Below, one piece after another: positions 26,727 through 34,523 of a stretch of DNA of 64,000 bases (within the stretch, counting starts at the first letter, position 1; every line of letters begins with the position of its first letter). The translations under genes were made by a program, and so were the position numbers. Under the pieces are notes generated by a model that worked only from the letters and a program-made list of their open reading frames with translations, did no database searches and was not told the origin of the DNA. The stretch is taken from contig OY970315.1 of assembly GCA_963716525.1 (NCBI GenBank), forward strand, positions 3,238,154 to 3,302,153, written 5' to 3'. The stretch is from an uncultured Actinomycetes bacterium. Lineage in GTDB: Bacteria > Actinomycetota > Acidimicrobiia > IMCC26256 > PALSA-610.

Positions 26727-27804
26727 ATGGATCGCGGTGGCGCGCCCTTCCCCCCGGCGCTCGCGGCGGTCGCGAGCCGTGCCGAGGCGCATGTGGCCGC
26801 GCTCCTCGACGCCCAGCGCGCGGTGTGGACACCGATCGACGGCCGGCTGTCCGCGCCGATCGACGCGGTCGCCGCGCTCGTGGCCGCGGGCGGCAAGCGG
26901 ATCCGCCCCGCGCTCTGCGCCGTGGCCTACGCCGGGGTTGGCGGCGAGGGCGGTATCGCCGCACCCGAGGTGGTCGCGGCCGGTGCCGCGCTCGAGCTGC
27001 TGCACACGTTCGCGCTCGTGCACGACGACGTGATGGACGGCTCGGAGACGCGCCGCGGCGTCGATGCCGTGCACCGGGCGTTCGTGCGGCGCCACGAGGA
27101 GTCCGAGTGGCACGGCGAATCGCGCCGCTTCGGCGAGGGCATGGCGATTCTCGTGGGCGACATCGCCTACGTGCTCGCCGACGTGCTGCTGCGCGACGCT
27201 CCACCCGCGGTGCATGCGTTGTGGGACGAGCTGCGCCTCGAGCTGTGCATCGGTCAGTCGCTCGATCTCATCGGTGCGGCCGAGGCCACATTTGAGCTCG
27301 AGCTCGCGCAGCGCATCGTGTCGTACAAGTCGGCGAAGTACACGGTCGAGCGACCGCTGCATCTCGGCGCGATGCTGGCCGGCGCCGGACCGTCGGTGGT
27401 CGCGGCGCTGTCGCGCGTGGGGCTCCCGCTCGGGCAGGCGTTCCAGCTGCGCGACGACGAGCTCGGCGTCTTCGGCGACGAGGTGATCACCGGCAAGCCG
27501 GTCGGCGACGATCTGCGCGAGGGCAAGCCCACCCCGATGCTCGCGATGGCACACGAGCGTGCCGCGCGCGTGCCCGGAGCGCCGCGCGTCCTCGCGATGG
27601 TGGGCACGCGCGATCTCGGTGAGCGCGAGATCAAGGAGATCCAGGACGTGCTCATCGACACCGGCGCGCTCGCCGCGATCGAGGACGAGATCGAGCGGCT
27701 CGTCACCGAGGCGGTCGTGGCGATCGACCGAGCGCCACTCGAGCGGGGCGCGGCCGCGCTGCTCACCGACCTCGCCGCGCTACATCGCGTGGCGCGACCA
27801 CTAG
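26727..27804 (+). pseudogene. Polyprenyl (geranylgeranyl) diphosphate synthase, 1-nt insertion near 27780 removes its stop
   Basis: The first and second Asp-rich motifs are present (LLHTFALVHDDVMDGSETRRG, GQAFQLRDDELGVFGD). The expected C-terminus YIAWRDH* is in the +1 frame with TAG at 27802-27804. As sequenced, the ORF reads through into the ABC ATPase. Confidence 0.8.
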
Positions 27805-28803
27805 TGGTGGCGCCCCACGAATTAGCGCGCGAGAGGAACGCGGCGCCGGCCGCGTCGGGTGCGGGCACCGCCCGGGATGACGCCGCGGTGGTGGCCGACC
27901 GGCTCGAGAAGCGCTACGGCGGCACCCGTGCGGTCGACGGGATGCACTTCGACGTCGCCCGGGGCGAGATCTTCGCGCTCGTCGGCCCGAACGGCGCCGG
28001 CAAGACCACGACGGTGGAGATGCTCGAGGGCTACCGCCGTCCCGATGCCGGCACGGTGCGCGTGCTCGGTCTCGACCCGATCGACGACGGGCGGGCGTTA
28101 CGGCCGCGCATCGGCGTGATGCTGCAGGAGGGCGGGCTCTATCCAGGCCTGCGGCCGCTCGAGGTGCTGCGCCTGTTCGCCGCCTTCTACGAGAATCCCG
28201 AAGCGCCCGAGGCGCTGCTCGACCGGGTGGGCCTGCTCGAGGCCCGGCGCACGGTCGTACGGCGGCTTTCGGGCGGCCAGAAGCAGCGCCTCTCGCTCGC
28301 CTGCGCCCTCGTCGGCCGGCCCGAGCTCGTGTTCCTCGACGAGCCGACCGCGGGCATGGATCCGCACGCCCGCGCCACCACCTGGGACCTCGTGCGCGAG
28401 CTGCCGCGCCCGGGGCACCACGATCGTGGTCACCACGCACCTTCTCGCCGAGGCCGAGCAACTCTGCGACCGGGTCGCGATCGTCGTGGCCGGCCGGGTC
28501 GCCGCGCTCGGCACGCCGCGCGAGCTGATGCGAAGCGCCCGGGTGCATCGCGTCACGTTCACCGCGTCCGCGACGCTCGACACGCACGAGCTCGCCCGCG
28601 CGCTCGGTGTCGACGACACGGCCGTCGCGTCGACCGGTCGGGAAGGCGAATACGAGGTGCACACGCCGGGCACGCCGGCGCTCGTCGCCGCGCTCGCGAA
28701 CCATCTGTGTGCGATCGACGTGCGCCTCGGTTCCCTGCAGGCCAACGAGCAGTCGCTCGAGGCGGTGTTCCTGCAGATCACCGCGGAGGACGCAACGCAA
28801 TGA
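27804..28803 (+). pseudogene. ABC transporter ATP-binding protein (ABC-2/DrrA-like), 1-nt insertion near 28404
   Basis: Walker A GPNGAGKTT, signature LSGGQKQR and Walker B LVFLDEPTAGMD are in one frame. RARGTTIVVTTHLLAEAEQLCDRVAIV... is in the +1 frame (track ORF 28426..28803). The start is ambiguous (GTG 27804, 27807 or 27888). Confidence 0.85.
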
Positions 28804-29048
28804 GCCCCTCGGGGCGCGAGTGGCGGCCGGTGGGCCGCCCGATTGCGCACGCGGTCGCGGCCGCCGACGAGCGGGGGTGGACATGAGCCCCTCGGGGCGC
28901 GAGTGGCGGCCGGTGGGCCGCCCGATTGCGCACGCGGTCGCGGCCGCCGACGAGCGGGGGTGGACATGAGCCCCTCGGGGCGCGAGTGGCGGCCGGTGGG
29001 CCGCCCGATTGCGCACGCGGTCGCGGCCGCCGACGAGCGGGGGTGGAC
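28800..29048 (+). repeat. Three perfect 83-bp tandem units, each carrying a 28-codon mini-ORF (MIRU-like intercistronic element)
   Basis: The unit is ATGAGCCCCTCGGGGCGCGAGTGGCGGCCGGTGGGCCGCCCGATTGCGCACGCGGTCGCGGCCGCCGACGAGCGGGGGTGGAC, at 28800, 28883 and 28966. By my base-by-base comparison the three copies are identical. The mini-ORFs are 28800..28886, 28883..28969 and 28966..29052. Each encodes MSPSGREWRPVGRPIAHAVAAADERGWT and each is joined to its neighbour by an ATGA overlap. Confidence 0.95.
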
Positions 29049-29789
29049 ATGAACACCACCGCGGTCGCTGCGCAGGCCCGCACCGAGATCATGCTGTCGC
29101 TGCGCCGCGGCGAGAGCCTCGTGGTGACGCTCGCGATCCCGCTGGGTGTGCTGCTGTTCTTCTCCAAGATCGACACGTCGGTGCCCACCGGTTACAAGCA
29201 CGCGGTCGACTTCCTCGTGCCCGGTGTGCTCGCGCTCGCGATCATGTCGGCGGCGATGGTGTCGCTCGGCATCGCCACCGGTTTCGACCGGCGGTACGGC
29301 GTGCTCAAGCGCCTCGGCTCCACGCCGCTGTCGCGCGGGCAGCTGCTCGTTGCGAAGACGATCACGGTGCTCGTGCTGGAGGTGATCCAGTTCGTGCTGA
29401 TCATCCTTGTGGGGATCGCGCTCGGCTGGCACGCCACGCTCGGCATCGTCGGCGCGATCGGCCTCTCGCTGCTCGGCACGATCGCATTCGCGGGGCTCGG
29501 CATGCTGATGGCGGGCACGCTGCGTGCCGAAGCGACGCTCGCGCTCGCGAACGGGCTGTTCCTCGTGCTGTTGTTCCTCGGCGGCATGGCGTACCCGCTG
29601 GAGAAGCTGCCGTCGTTCCTGCGCGACCTCGCCCGCGCCCTCCCCGCCGCCGCGCTGTCCGAGACGCTGCACGGCGCGCTCGGCGGGCGGGCCGGCGCCG
29701 GTTTCCCCACCGGCAGCCTCGTGGTGCTCTGCGTGTGGGCCGTCGTGCTGCCCACGCTCGCGATCCGCTGGTTCCGCTGGGAGGAGTGA
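29049..29789 (+). CDS. ABC-2 type transporter permease
   Basis: The 246-aa product from ATG 29049 has six predicted TM helices and the typical ABC-2 layout. It follows the ATPase. Confidence 0.85.
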   Translation: MNTTAVAAQARTEIMLSLRRGESLVVTLAIPLGVLLFFSKIDTSVPTGYKHAVDFLVPGVLALAIMSAAMVSLGIATGFDRRYGVLKRLGSTPLSRGQLLVAKTITVLVLEVIQFVLIILVGIALGWHATLGIVGAIGLSLLGTIAFAGLGMLMAGTLRAEATLALANGLFLVLLFLGGMAYPLEKLPSFLRDLARALPAAALSETLHGALGGRAGAGFPTGSLVVLCVWAVVLPTLAIRWFRWEE

Positions 29790-29796
29790 GCGCGGG

Positions 29797-30345
29797 TCAG
29801 CGGCCGGCGCGCAACAGCGTCTGCAGCGGCGCGTCGACGAGGCTCTGGTGCGTGAGCCCGAAGCCGCGGGCGACGATCGTGCCGTCCGGCGCCACGAAGA
29901 ACGTCACCGGCAGCGTCGTCACGCCGTAGCGCGCCGCGACGGTGCCTTGCCGGTCGTCGCCCATCGCCCACGTGGCACCCGTCTCGCGCAGGGTCTGGCG
30001 CATGTCGCCGGGCAGGTCCTCGGGATCCACACCGACGACGTGCACCTCGGGGTGCTGGCGGGCGGCCTTGGCGAGCAGCGGGAACTCCTCGTGGCACGGA
30101 TGGCAGTACGACGCGCCGAACGTGAGGATCACCGGCGTGCCGCGGTACGCGGCGAGCGACACGGTGCCGCCGTTCACGCCGGGCAGCGAGAAGTCCGGCG
30201 CGCGCACGCCCACGCCGAGCGTGCCGGGCGGGACAGCCTGGTCCTTCGGATTGTGCGACGACAGCGTGAGTGCCAAGCCGACAGCGGTGCCGATCGCGAG
30301 CAGCGCAACGAAGACCGCGACGAAGATCTTGTGGCGGCGCTCCAT
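29797..30345 (-). CDS. TlpA/ResA-like membrane-anchored thiol:disulfide oxidoreductase
   Basis: An N-terminal TM anchor and a thioredoxin fold with the CHPC active site (TFGASYCHPCHEEFP). It sits adjacent to ctaB. Confidence 0.8.
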   Translation of the reverse strand: MERRHKIFVAVFVALLAIGTAVGLALTLSSHNPKDQAVPPGTLGVGVRAPDFSLPGVNGGTVSLAAYRGTPVILTFGASYCHPCHEEFPLLAKAARQHPEVHVVGVDPEDLPGDMRQTLRETGATWAMGDDRQGTVAARYGVTTLPVTFFVAPDGTIVARGFGLTHQSLVDAPLQTLLRAGR

Positions 30346-30360
30346 CGCGACGAACGCCGG

Positions 30361-31281
30361 CTACCGGCGTGCGAACACGTCGACCATGACCGCCGCGAAC
30401 ACGAGCATCAGGTAGACGTTCGACCAGGCGAAGAACTTGATGGCGCGCGTGCTGCTCGGATCGCGCACCAGGGCAAGCGCGCGGGCCACGAACACCAACC
30501 CGAGCAGCACCGCGCTCACGAGGTAGACGGGCCCGACCGGCGTCGCCGTGCCGAGCAGCAGCGTGACCGTGGCGGTGAGTGCGGCGTAGGTGGTGATCTG
30601 CAGCGCCGTCGTACGGGCCGACTTGTGCACCGGCAGCATCGGGTAGCCGGCTGTGGCGTAGTCGTCGCGGTAGCGCATCGCGAGCGCCCAGAAGTGGGCG
30701 GGCGTCCAGCAGAAGATCACCGCGAACAGCACCCACGCGGCCGCGGGTACGTGGTCGAGCACCGCCGCGAAGCCGACGAGCACCGGTACTGCACCGGCCG
30801 CGCCGCCGATCACGATGTTCTGGTCGGTGCGCGGCTTCAACCAGATCGTGTAGACGAACACGTAGAAGAGCGTCGCCGACAGCGTGAGCACGGCCGCGAG
30901 CACGTTGGCCGTCACCGTGAGCACCGCGAACACGATCACGTTGAGGCCGATGCCGAACGCGAGCCCGTGCCAGGCGGGGATCTCGCCGGTGACGAGCGGG
31001 CGGTGTGCGGTGCGGCGCATGAGCCGGTCGCGGTCGCGCTCGATCCAGCTGTTGATCGTGTTGGCGCCACCGGCCGCGAGCGCCCCGGCGATCACCACCG
31101 CGACGACGAGCCCGGTGCGCGGCCAGCCGCGTGCGGCGACCACCATGGCCGGCACCGTGGTGACGAGCAGCAGCTCGACCACCCGCGGCTTGGTGAGCCG
31201 TACATAGGCACGCACACGCCGTCCGAGCTCCCCGCCGAACGGCCGGGTCGCCGTCGTGGCCAGCGCTGGGTCGGAGGTCAC
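30361..31281 (-). CDS. ctaB: Protoheme IX farnesyltransferase (heme O synthase)
   Basis: GTG 31281 overlaps the cupredoxin stop (GTGA). UbiA-family motifs NSWIERDRDRLMRRT and WTPAHFWALA are present. The product is a multi-TM protein. Confidence 0.9.
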   Translation of the reverse strand: MTSDPALATTATRPFGGELGRRVRAYVRLTKPRVVELLLVTTVPAMVVAARGWPRTGLVVAVVIAGALAAGGANTINSWIERDRDRLMRRTAHRPLVTGEIPAWHGLAFGIGLNVIVFAVLTVTANVLAAVLTLSATLFYVFVYTIWLKPRTDQNIVIGGAAGAVPVLVGFAAVLDHVPAAAWVLFAVIFCWTPAHFWALAMRYRDDYATAGYPMLPVHKSARTTALQITTYAALTATVTLLLGTATPVGPVYLVSAVLLGLVFVARALALVRDPSSTRAIKFFAWSNVYLMLVFAAVMVDVFARR

Positions 31282-31676
31282 GAGACGGTGAGCGTGCCCT
31301 TCATGCCGGCGGCCTCGTGGCCGGGAACTCCGCAGTAGAACTTCCAGGCGCCCTTCGTGAGCGTGAACGTGCCGCACGCGGTGCTCCGGCCGCTCACCGT
31401 CACCTTGCCGCTCACGCCGTGGATCTCGAACGTGTGGCTCAGCGAGCCGTCGTCGATCAGCTTCACCACCACCTTGCCCGCTGTCGCGGTGAGCGTGTCG
31501 GGCACGAAGCGAAACGTGTCCTTCGCGTGGACGGTGAGGTCGACGTGGGCCGGGCAGGCCTCGTTCGTGCTGCCGCCACCGCTGCTCGAGCAGGCGCCGA
31601 CCGCGATGCCGGCCGTGAGGACGCAGAGCAGCGCGGCGAGCGCGGTGATCCGGCTGCGGGTCGTGACACGGCCCAA
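31278..31676 (-). CDS. Cupredoxin (plastocyanin/azurin-like blue copper) lipoprotein
   Basis: TTG 31676 follows GGAGGA. A lipobox LTAGIAVGAC is present. Type-1 Cu ligands are HTFEIH ... CGVPGHEAAGM. Confidence 0.75.
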   Translation of the reverse strand: MGRVTTRSRITALAALLCVLTAGIAVGACSSSGGGSTNEACPAHVDLTVHAKDTFRFVPDTLTATAGKVVVKLIDDGSLSHTFEIHGVSGKVTVSGRSTACGTFTLTKGAWKFYCGVPGHEAAGMKGTLTVS

Positions 31677-31768
31677 TTTGGAGTCCTCCGGCGTCAGGTT
31701 GGCCTCGTGAGCCTACTGACGGCATGGGCTCCGAACGGATCGGAGGGCACCAAGTATGGTGCCCGCAG

Positions 31769-32092
31769 ATGGCGACCGACGAGAAGCAGTCGATCCGCAT
31801 GACGGCCGATCGGCTGCTCGTGTTGCCGTCGAAGGAAGCAGGGGAGCGCAAGTCGCGGGCCGGGATCCTGATCCCCGCGACCGCGGCGGTGAACCGGCGG
31901 CTCGTGTGGGCCGAGGTCACCGCGGCCGGCCCGACGGTGCGCAACATCGAAGCGGGTGATTCGGTGCTGTTCTCGCCCGACAGCGGGTACGAGGTCGAGA
32001 TCGCCGGCGAGGACTACCTCATCCTGCGCGAGCGCGACGTGCACACGGTGGCGTCGAGCAAGGCCGAGGGCGGCACGGGGCTCTACCTGTGA
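31769..32092 (+). CDS. GroES/Cpn10-family co-chaperonin-like protein (orphan, no adjacent groEL)
   Basis: MATDEKQSIRMTADRLLVLPSKEAGERKSRAGILIP...GDSVLFSPDSGYEVEIAGEDYLILRERDV follows the Cpn10 pattern. ATG 31769 lies within track ORF 31724..32092. Confidence 0.65.
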   Translation: MATDEKQSIRMTADRLLVLPSKEAGERKSRAGILIPATAAVNRRLVWAEVTAAGPTVRNIEAGDSVLFSPDSGYEVEIAGEDYLILRERDVHTVASSKAEGGTGLYL

Positions 32093-32874
32093 TCGACTCC
32101 ACGGCGTTCCGCCTCGACGGCAAGGTCGCGCTGGTCACCGGCGGCACACGCGGTATCGGCCGCGGTATCTGTGAGGCGTTCGCGGCCGCGGGGGCCACCG
32201 TCGTGGTGAACGCGCGCAAGCCCGACGAGCTCGAGGAGACGGTCGGCGCGCTGTCGGCGGTCCCGGGAGTGGGCGGCGTCTCGTCGGTGCGCGGATCGGC
32301 AGCCGACCCCGACACGATCGCGGCGATGGTCACCCACTGCGTCACCGAGCACGGTCGCCTCGACGTGCTCGTGAACAACGCGGCCACGAACCCGCAGTTC
32401 GGCCCGCTCATCGAGGCCGACATGGCCACGGTGGCCAAGGTCTGGGAGGTGAACCTCGCCGGGCCGCTGCGGTTGATGCAGGAGGTCTGGCGCGGGTGGA
32501 TGCGCGAGCACGGCGGGGTGGTGCTGAACGTGGTGTCGGTCGGCGGTCTGCGACCCGGCCCGTTCATCGGTGCCTACAACGTCGGCAAGGCCGCGCTCAC
32601 GCACATGACCAAACAGCTCGCGATGGAGCTCGCCCCCGGCGTTCGGGTGAACGCGATCGCGCCGGGGCTCGTGAAGACCGACTTCGCACGCGCGCTGTGG
32701 GAGCCCAACGAGGACGCGTCGAACAAGATGCAGGCGCTCGGCCGCATCGGCGTGCCCGACGACATCGCCGCGGTTGCCCTGCTGCTCTGCAGCGACGCGT
32801 CGAGCTGGATGACGGGCGATGTCGTGGTGGTCGACGGCGGTGCCGCGGTCTCGATGCGGGGTGCCGCCGGCTGA
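32089..32874 (+). CDS. Short-chain dehydrogenase/reductase (SDR)
   Basis: GTG 32089 with a GTGA overlap. TGGTRGIG, NNAA, YNVGKAAL and the C-terminal TGDVVVVDGG. Confidence 0.85.
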   Translation: MIDSTAFRLDGKVALVTGGTRGIGRGICEAFAAAGATVVVNARKPDELEETVGALSAVPGVGGVSSVRGSAADPDTIAAMVTHCVTEHGRLDVLVNNAATNPQFGPLIEADMATVAKVWEVNLAGPLRLMQEVWRGWMREHGGVVLNVVSVGGLRPGPFIGAYNVGKAALTHMTKQLAMELAPGVRVNAIAPGLVKTDFARALWEPNEDASNKMQALGRIGVPDDIAAVALLLCSDASSWMTGDVVVVDGGAAVSMRGAAG

Positions 32875-32880
32875 GCGGGC

Positions 32881-33693
32881 CTATCGGCCGGAACGCTGCA
32901 GCGTGACGTGCTGGCCGCCGATGTCGAGATCGAGGCGGTCCTCGTGCCGCGCGATCGCCGTCACCAGCTCGTCCTCCTCGGCGTCGCCGTCGAAGCGCAC
33001 GTGGAGGCGCCCGTCGGCCGCGATGTGCCACTGCGCGTGCCGGCCGACGCCCTCGAGCGCGGCGCCGAGCGACAGCGTGCCGTCGGAGCGCACGTCGACG
33101 TCGAACAGCGGGCTGGTCCACCGGCCGACGAGGTCGGCGGCCGTGACCGGATCCGGCGCGGGCGCTCCCGATTCCGGCACCGCCGAGGTACCGGTCGCGG
33201 CATTGAGCACCGCGCTCGCCTGCGCGAGCAGCTCCGCCTTCTCGGCGCGGCCGCGCTTGGTGAACGCGGGGCGGAATGCCGCGGCGACCGTGTTCGCGAC
33301 CGCGCCCGCCACTGTTTCGCGCGTGGCTTCGACCGGCGGGTCGGGGAGGCGCTCGAGGTTGACCGCGGTACGGCTGCGGGGCAGGTAGTAGAGGCGCACG
33401 TATCCGGCGCTGGGCGCCGATTCCCACACCGAAGGGGACGGGACGCCGTAGGTCGTGCCCGCGACCTCGAGGAAGTAGTTCTTCATGTGTTGGCCCGCAC
33501 CGCCGGGTTCGCTGAAGGTCTTGCGGATCGGACCATCGACCGCATGCACCTCGTGTCGCCGCAGGTCGCCGGTGAGCGCGGGGATCAGGCGCCTCACCCA
33601 CGGGCCCTCGCGGAACATGTCGCGCTGGGCGTCGGTGAGACGGCCCGCCGCGTTCGCCTCGAGCGCCTCGGGCAGGAACGCGTAGCCGGCCAT
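32881..33693 (-). CDS. Hypothetical protein
   Basis: 270-aa ORF with protein-like composition. Its start overlaps the stop of the upstream Cys-rich gene (TGATG). I recognise no family. Confidence 0.45.
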   Translation of the reverse strand: MAGYAFLPEALEANAAGRLTDAQRDMFREGPWVRRLIPALTGDLRRHEVHAVDGPIRKTFSEPGGAGQHMKNYFLEVAGTTYGVPSPSVWESAPSAGYVRLYYLPRSRTAVNLERLPDPPVEATRETVAGAVANTVAAAFRPAFTKRGRAEKAELLAQASAVLNAATGTSAVPESGAPAPDPVTAADLVGRWTSPLFDVDVRSDGTLSLGAALEGVGRHAQWHIAADGRLHVRFDGDAEEDELVTAIARHEDRLDLDIGGQHVTLQRSGR

Positions 33694-34466
33694 CAGCCGA
33701 AGTTGTGGGGTAGGTCGCGCGTGCGGCGGCGGCCGAGCTTCACCGGTACCTCGGCCGGGTGCGACACCACGCTCGGCGAGCCGCTCCGTGGCGCGAGGTA
33801 CTTCACGAGCTCGTCGTAGACGAAATCACCGCAGATCGCGCGGATCTCCGCTTCCATCGACACGTACACCGGCACCTCGCCGGTGAACGCCTCGGGTGCC
33901 TCGGTGCACCACCACGCGAAGTCGTCGCCGCCCTCGCCCCAGCCGTCGCGGCCGAACTCGGTGAGCACCGTGGTCTCGCTGCCGTCGTCCTCGTCACGCG
34001 GGATCGCGCGCAGCGGTACCTGCCAGCAGACCGTGGGCTTGGTCTCGCTGAAGTGCACGCCCTTGCGCAACGCGAGCACGTGCAGCGCGCAGCCGGGACC
34101 GGCGCCGAAGCCGGGCCGGTTCAAGAAGATGCACGCGTCGTCGACGAGGCGGGTGCGCCAGGAGTCGGGGCCGAGGGTGGCCCACACGCCGCGCTTGTCG
34201 CCGACCGACTTGAACTGCCACTCGTCGCCGCGCAGTTGCTTGGCGACCGACTCGACGTGCCGGCGGTCGGCCGCGTCGTGCGCGTGCGCACCGTAGGAGC
34301 AGCAACCCTGCACCATGTCGGGTGCAGGCTCGGTGAGGATGCCCTGGCAGCCGCAACCGAAGATGCACTGGTAGCGCGACAGCATGAACGTGACGTCGAT
34401 CTGCCAGCGCTTGCGCTGCTTGCCCGGCGCGACGATCGTCACCCATTCCCGAACCGCTCCACTCAC
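33693..34466 (-). CDS. Cysteine-cluster protein (YkgJ/UPF0153-like metal-binding, tentative)
   Basis: GTG 34466. Cys-rich motifs: YQCIFGCGCQG, GCCSYGAH, ACIFLNRPGFGAGPGCALH and VCWQVP. The upstream part of track ORF 33693..34994 is not protein-like. Confidence 0.5.
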   Translation of the reverse strand: MSGAVREWVTIVAPGKQRKRWQIDVTFMLSRYQCIFGCGCQGILTEPAPDMVQGCCSYGAHAHDAADRRHVESVAKQLRGDEWQFKSVGDKRGVWATLGPDSWRTRLVDDACIFLNRPGFGAGPGCALHVLALRKGVHFSETKPTVCWQVPLRAIPRDEDDGSETTVLTEFGRDGWGEGGDDFAWWCTEAPEAFTGEVPVYVSMEAEIRAICGDFVYDELVKYLAPRSGSPSVVSHPAEVPVKLGRRRTRDLPHNFG

Positions 34467-34523
34467 GCCGACAAGGTATCCCGACGTGCTCGGTATCCTG
34501 CAGCAATCGGCACGATCGCGCAA

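Noticed and set aside
26727-28886. A polyprenyl synthase-ABC ATPase fusion (719-aa track ORF)
   Set aside because: The natural synthase terminus YIAWRDH-TAG and the ATPase C-terminal half are each in the +1 frame. Two 1-nt insertions create the apparent fusion.
28800-29048. The 83-bp direct repeats as a CRISPR array
   Set aside because: The units abut each other with no spacers and there are only three copies. No cas genes are nearby. Each unit carries its own start and stop overlaps, so it behaves as an intercistronic tandem repeat rather than a CRISPR array.
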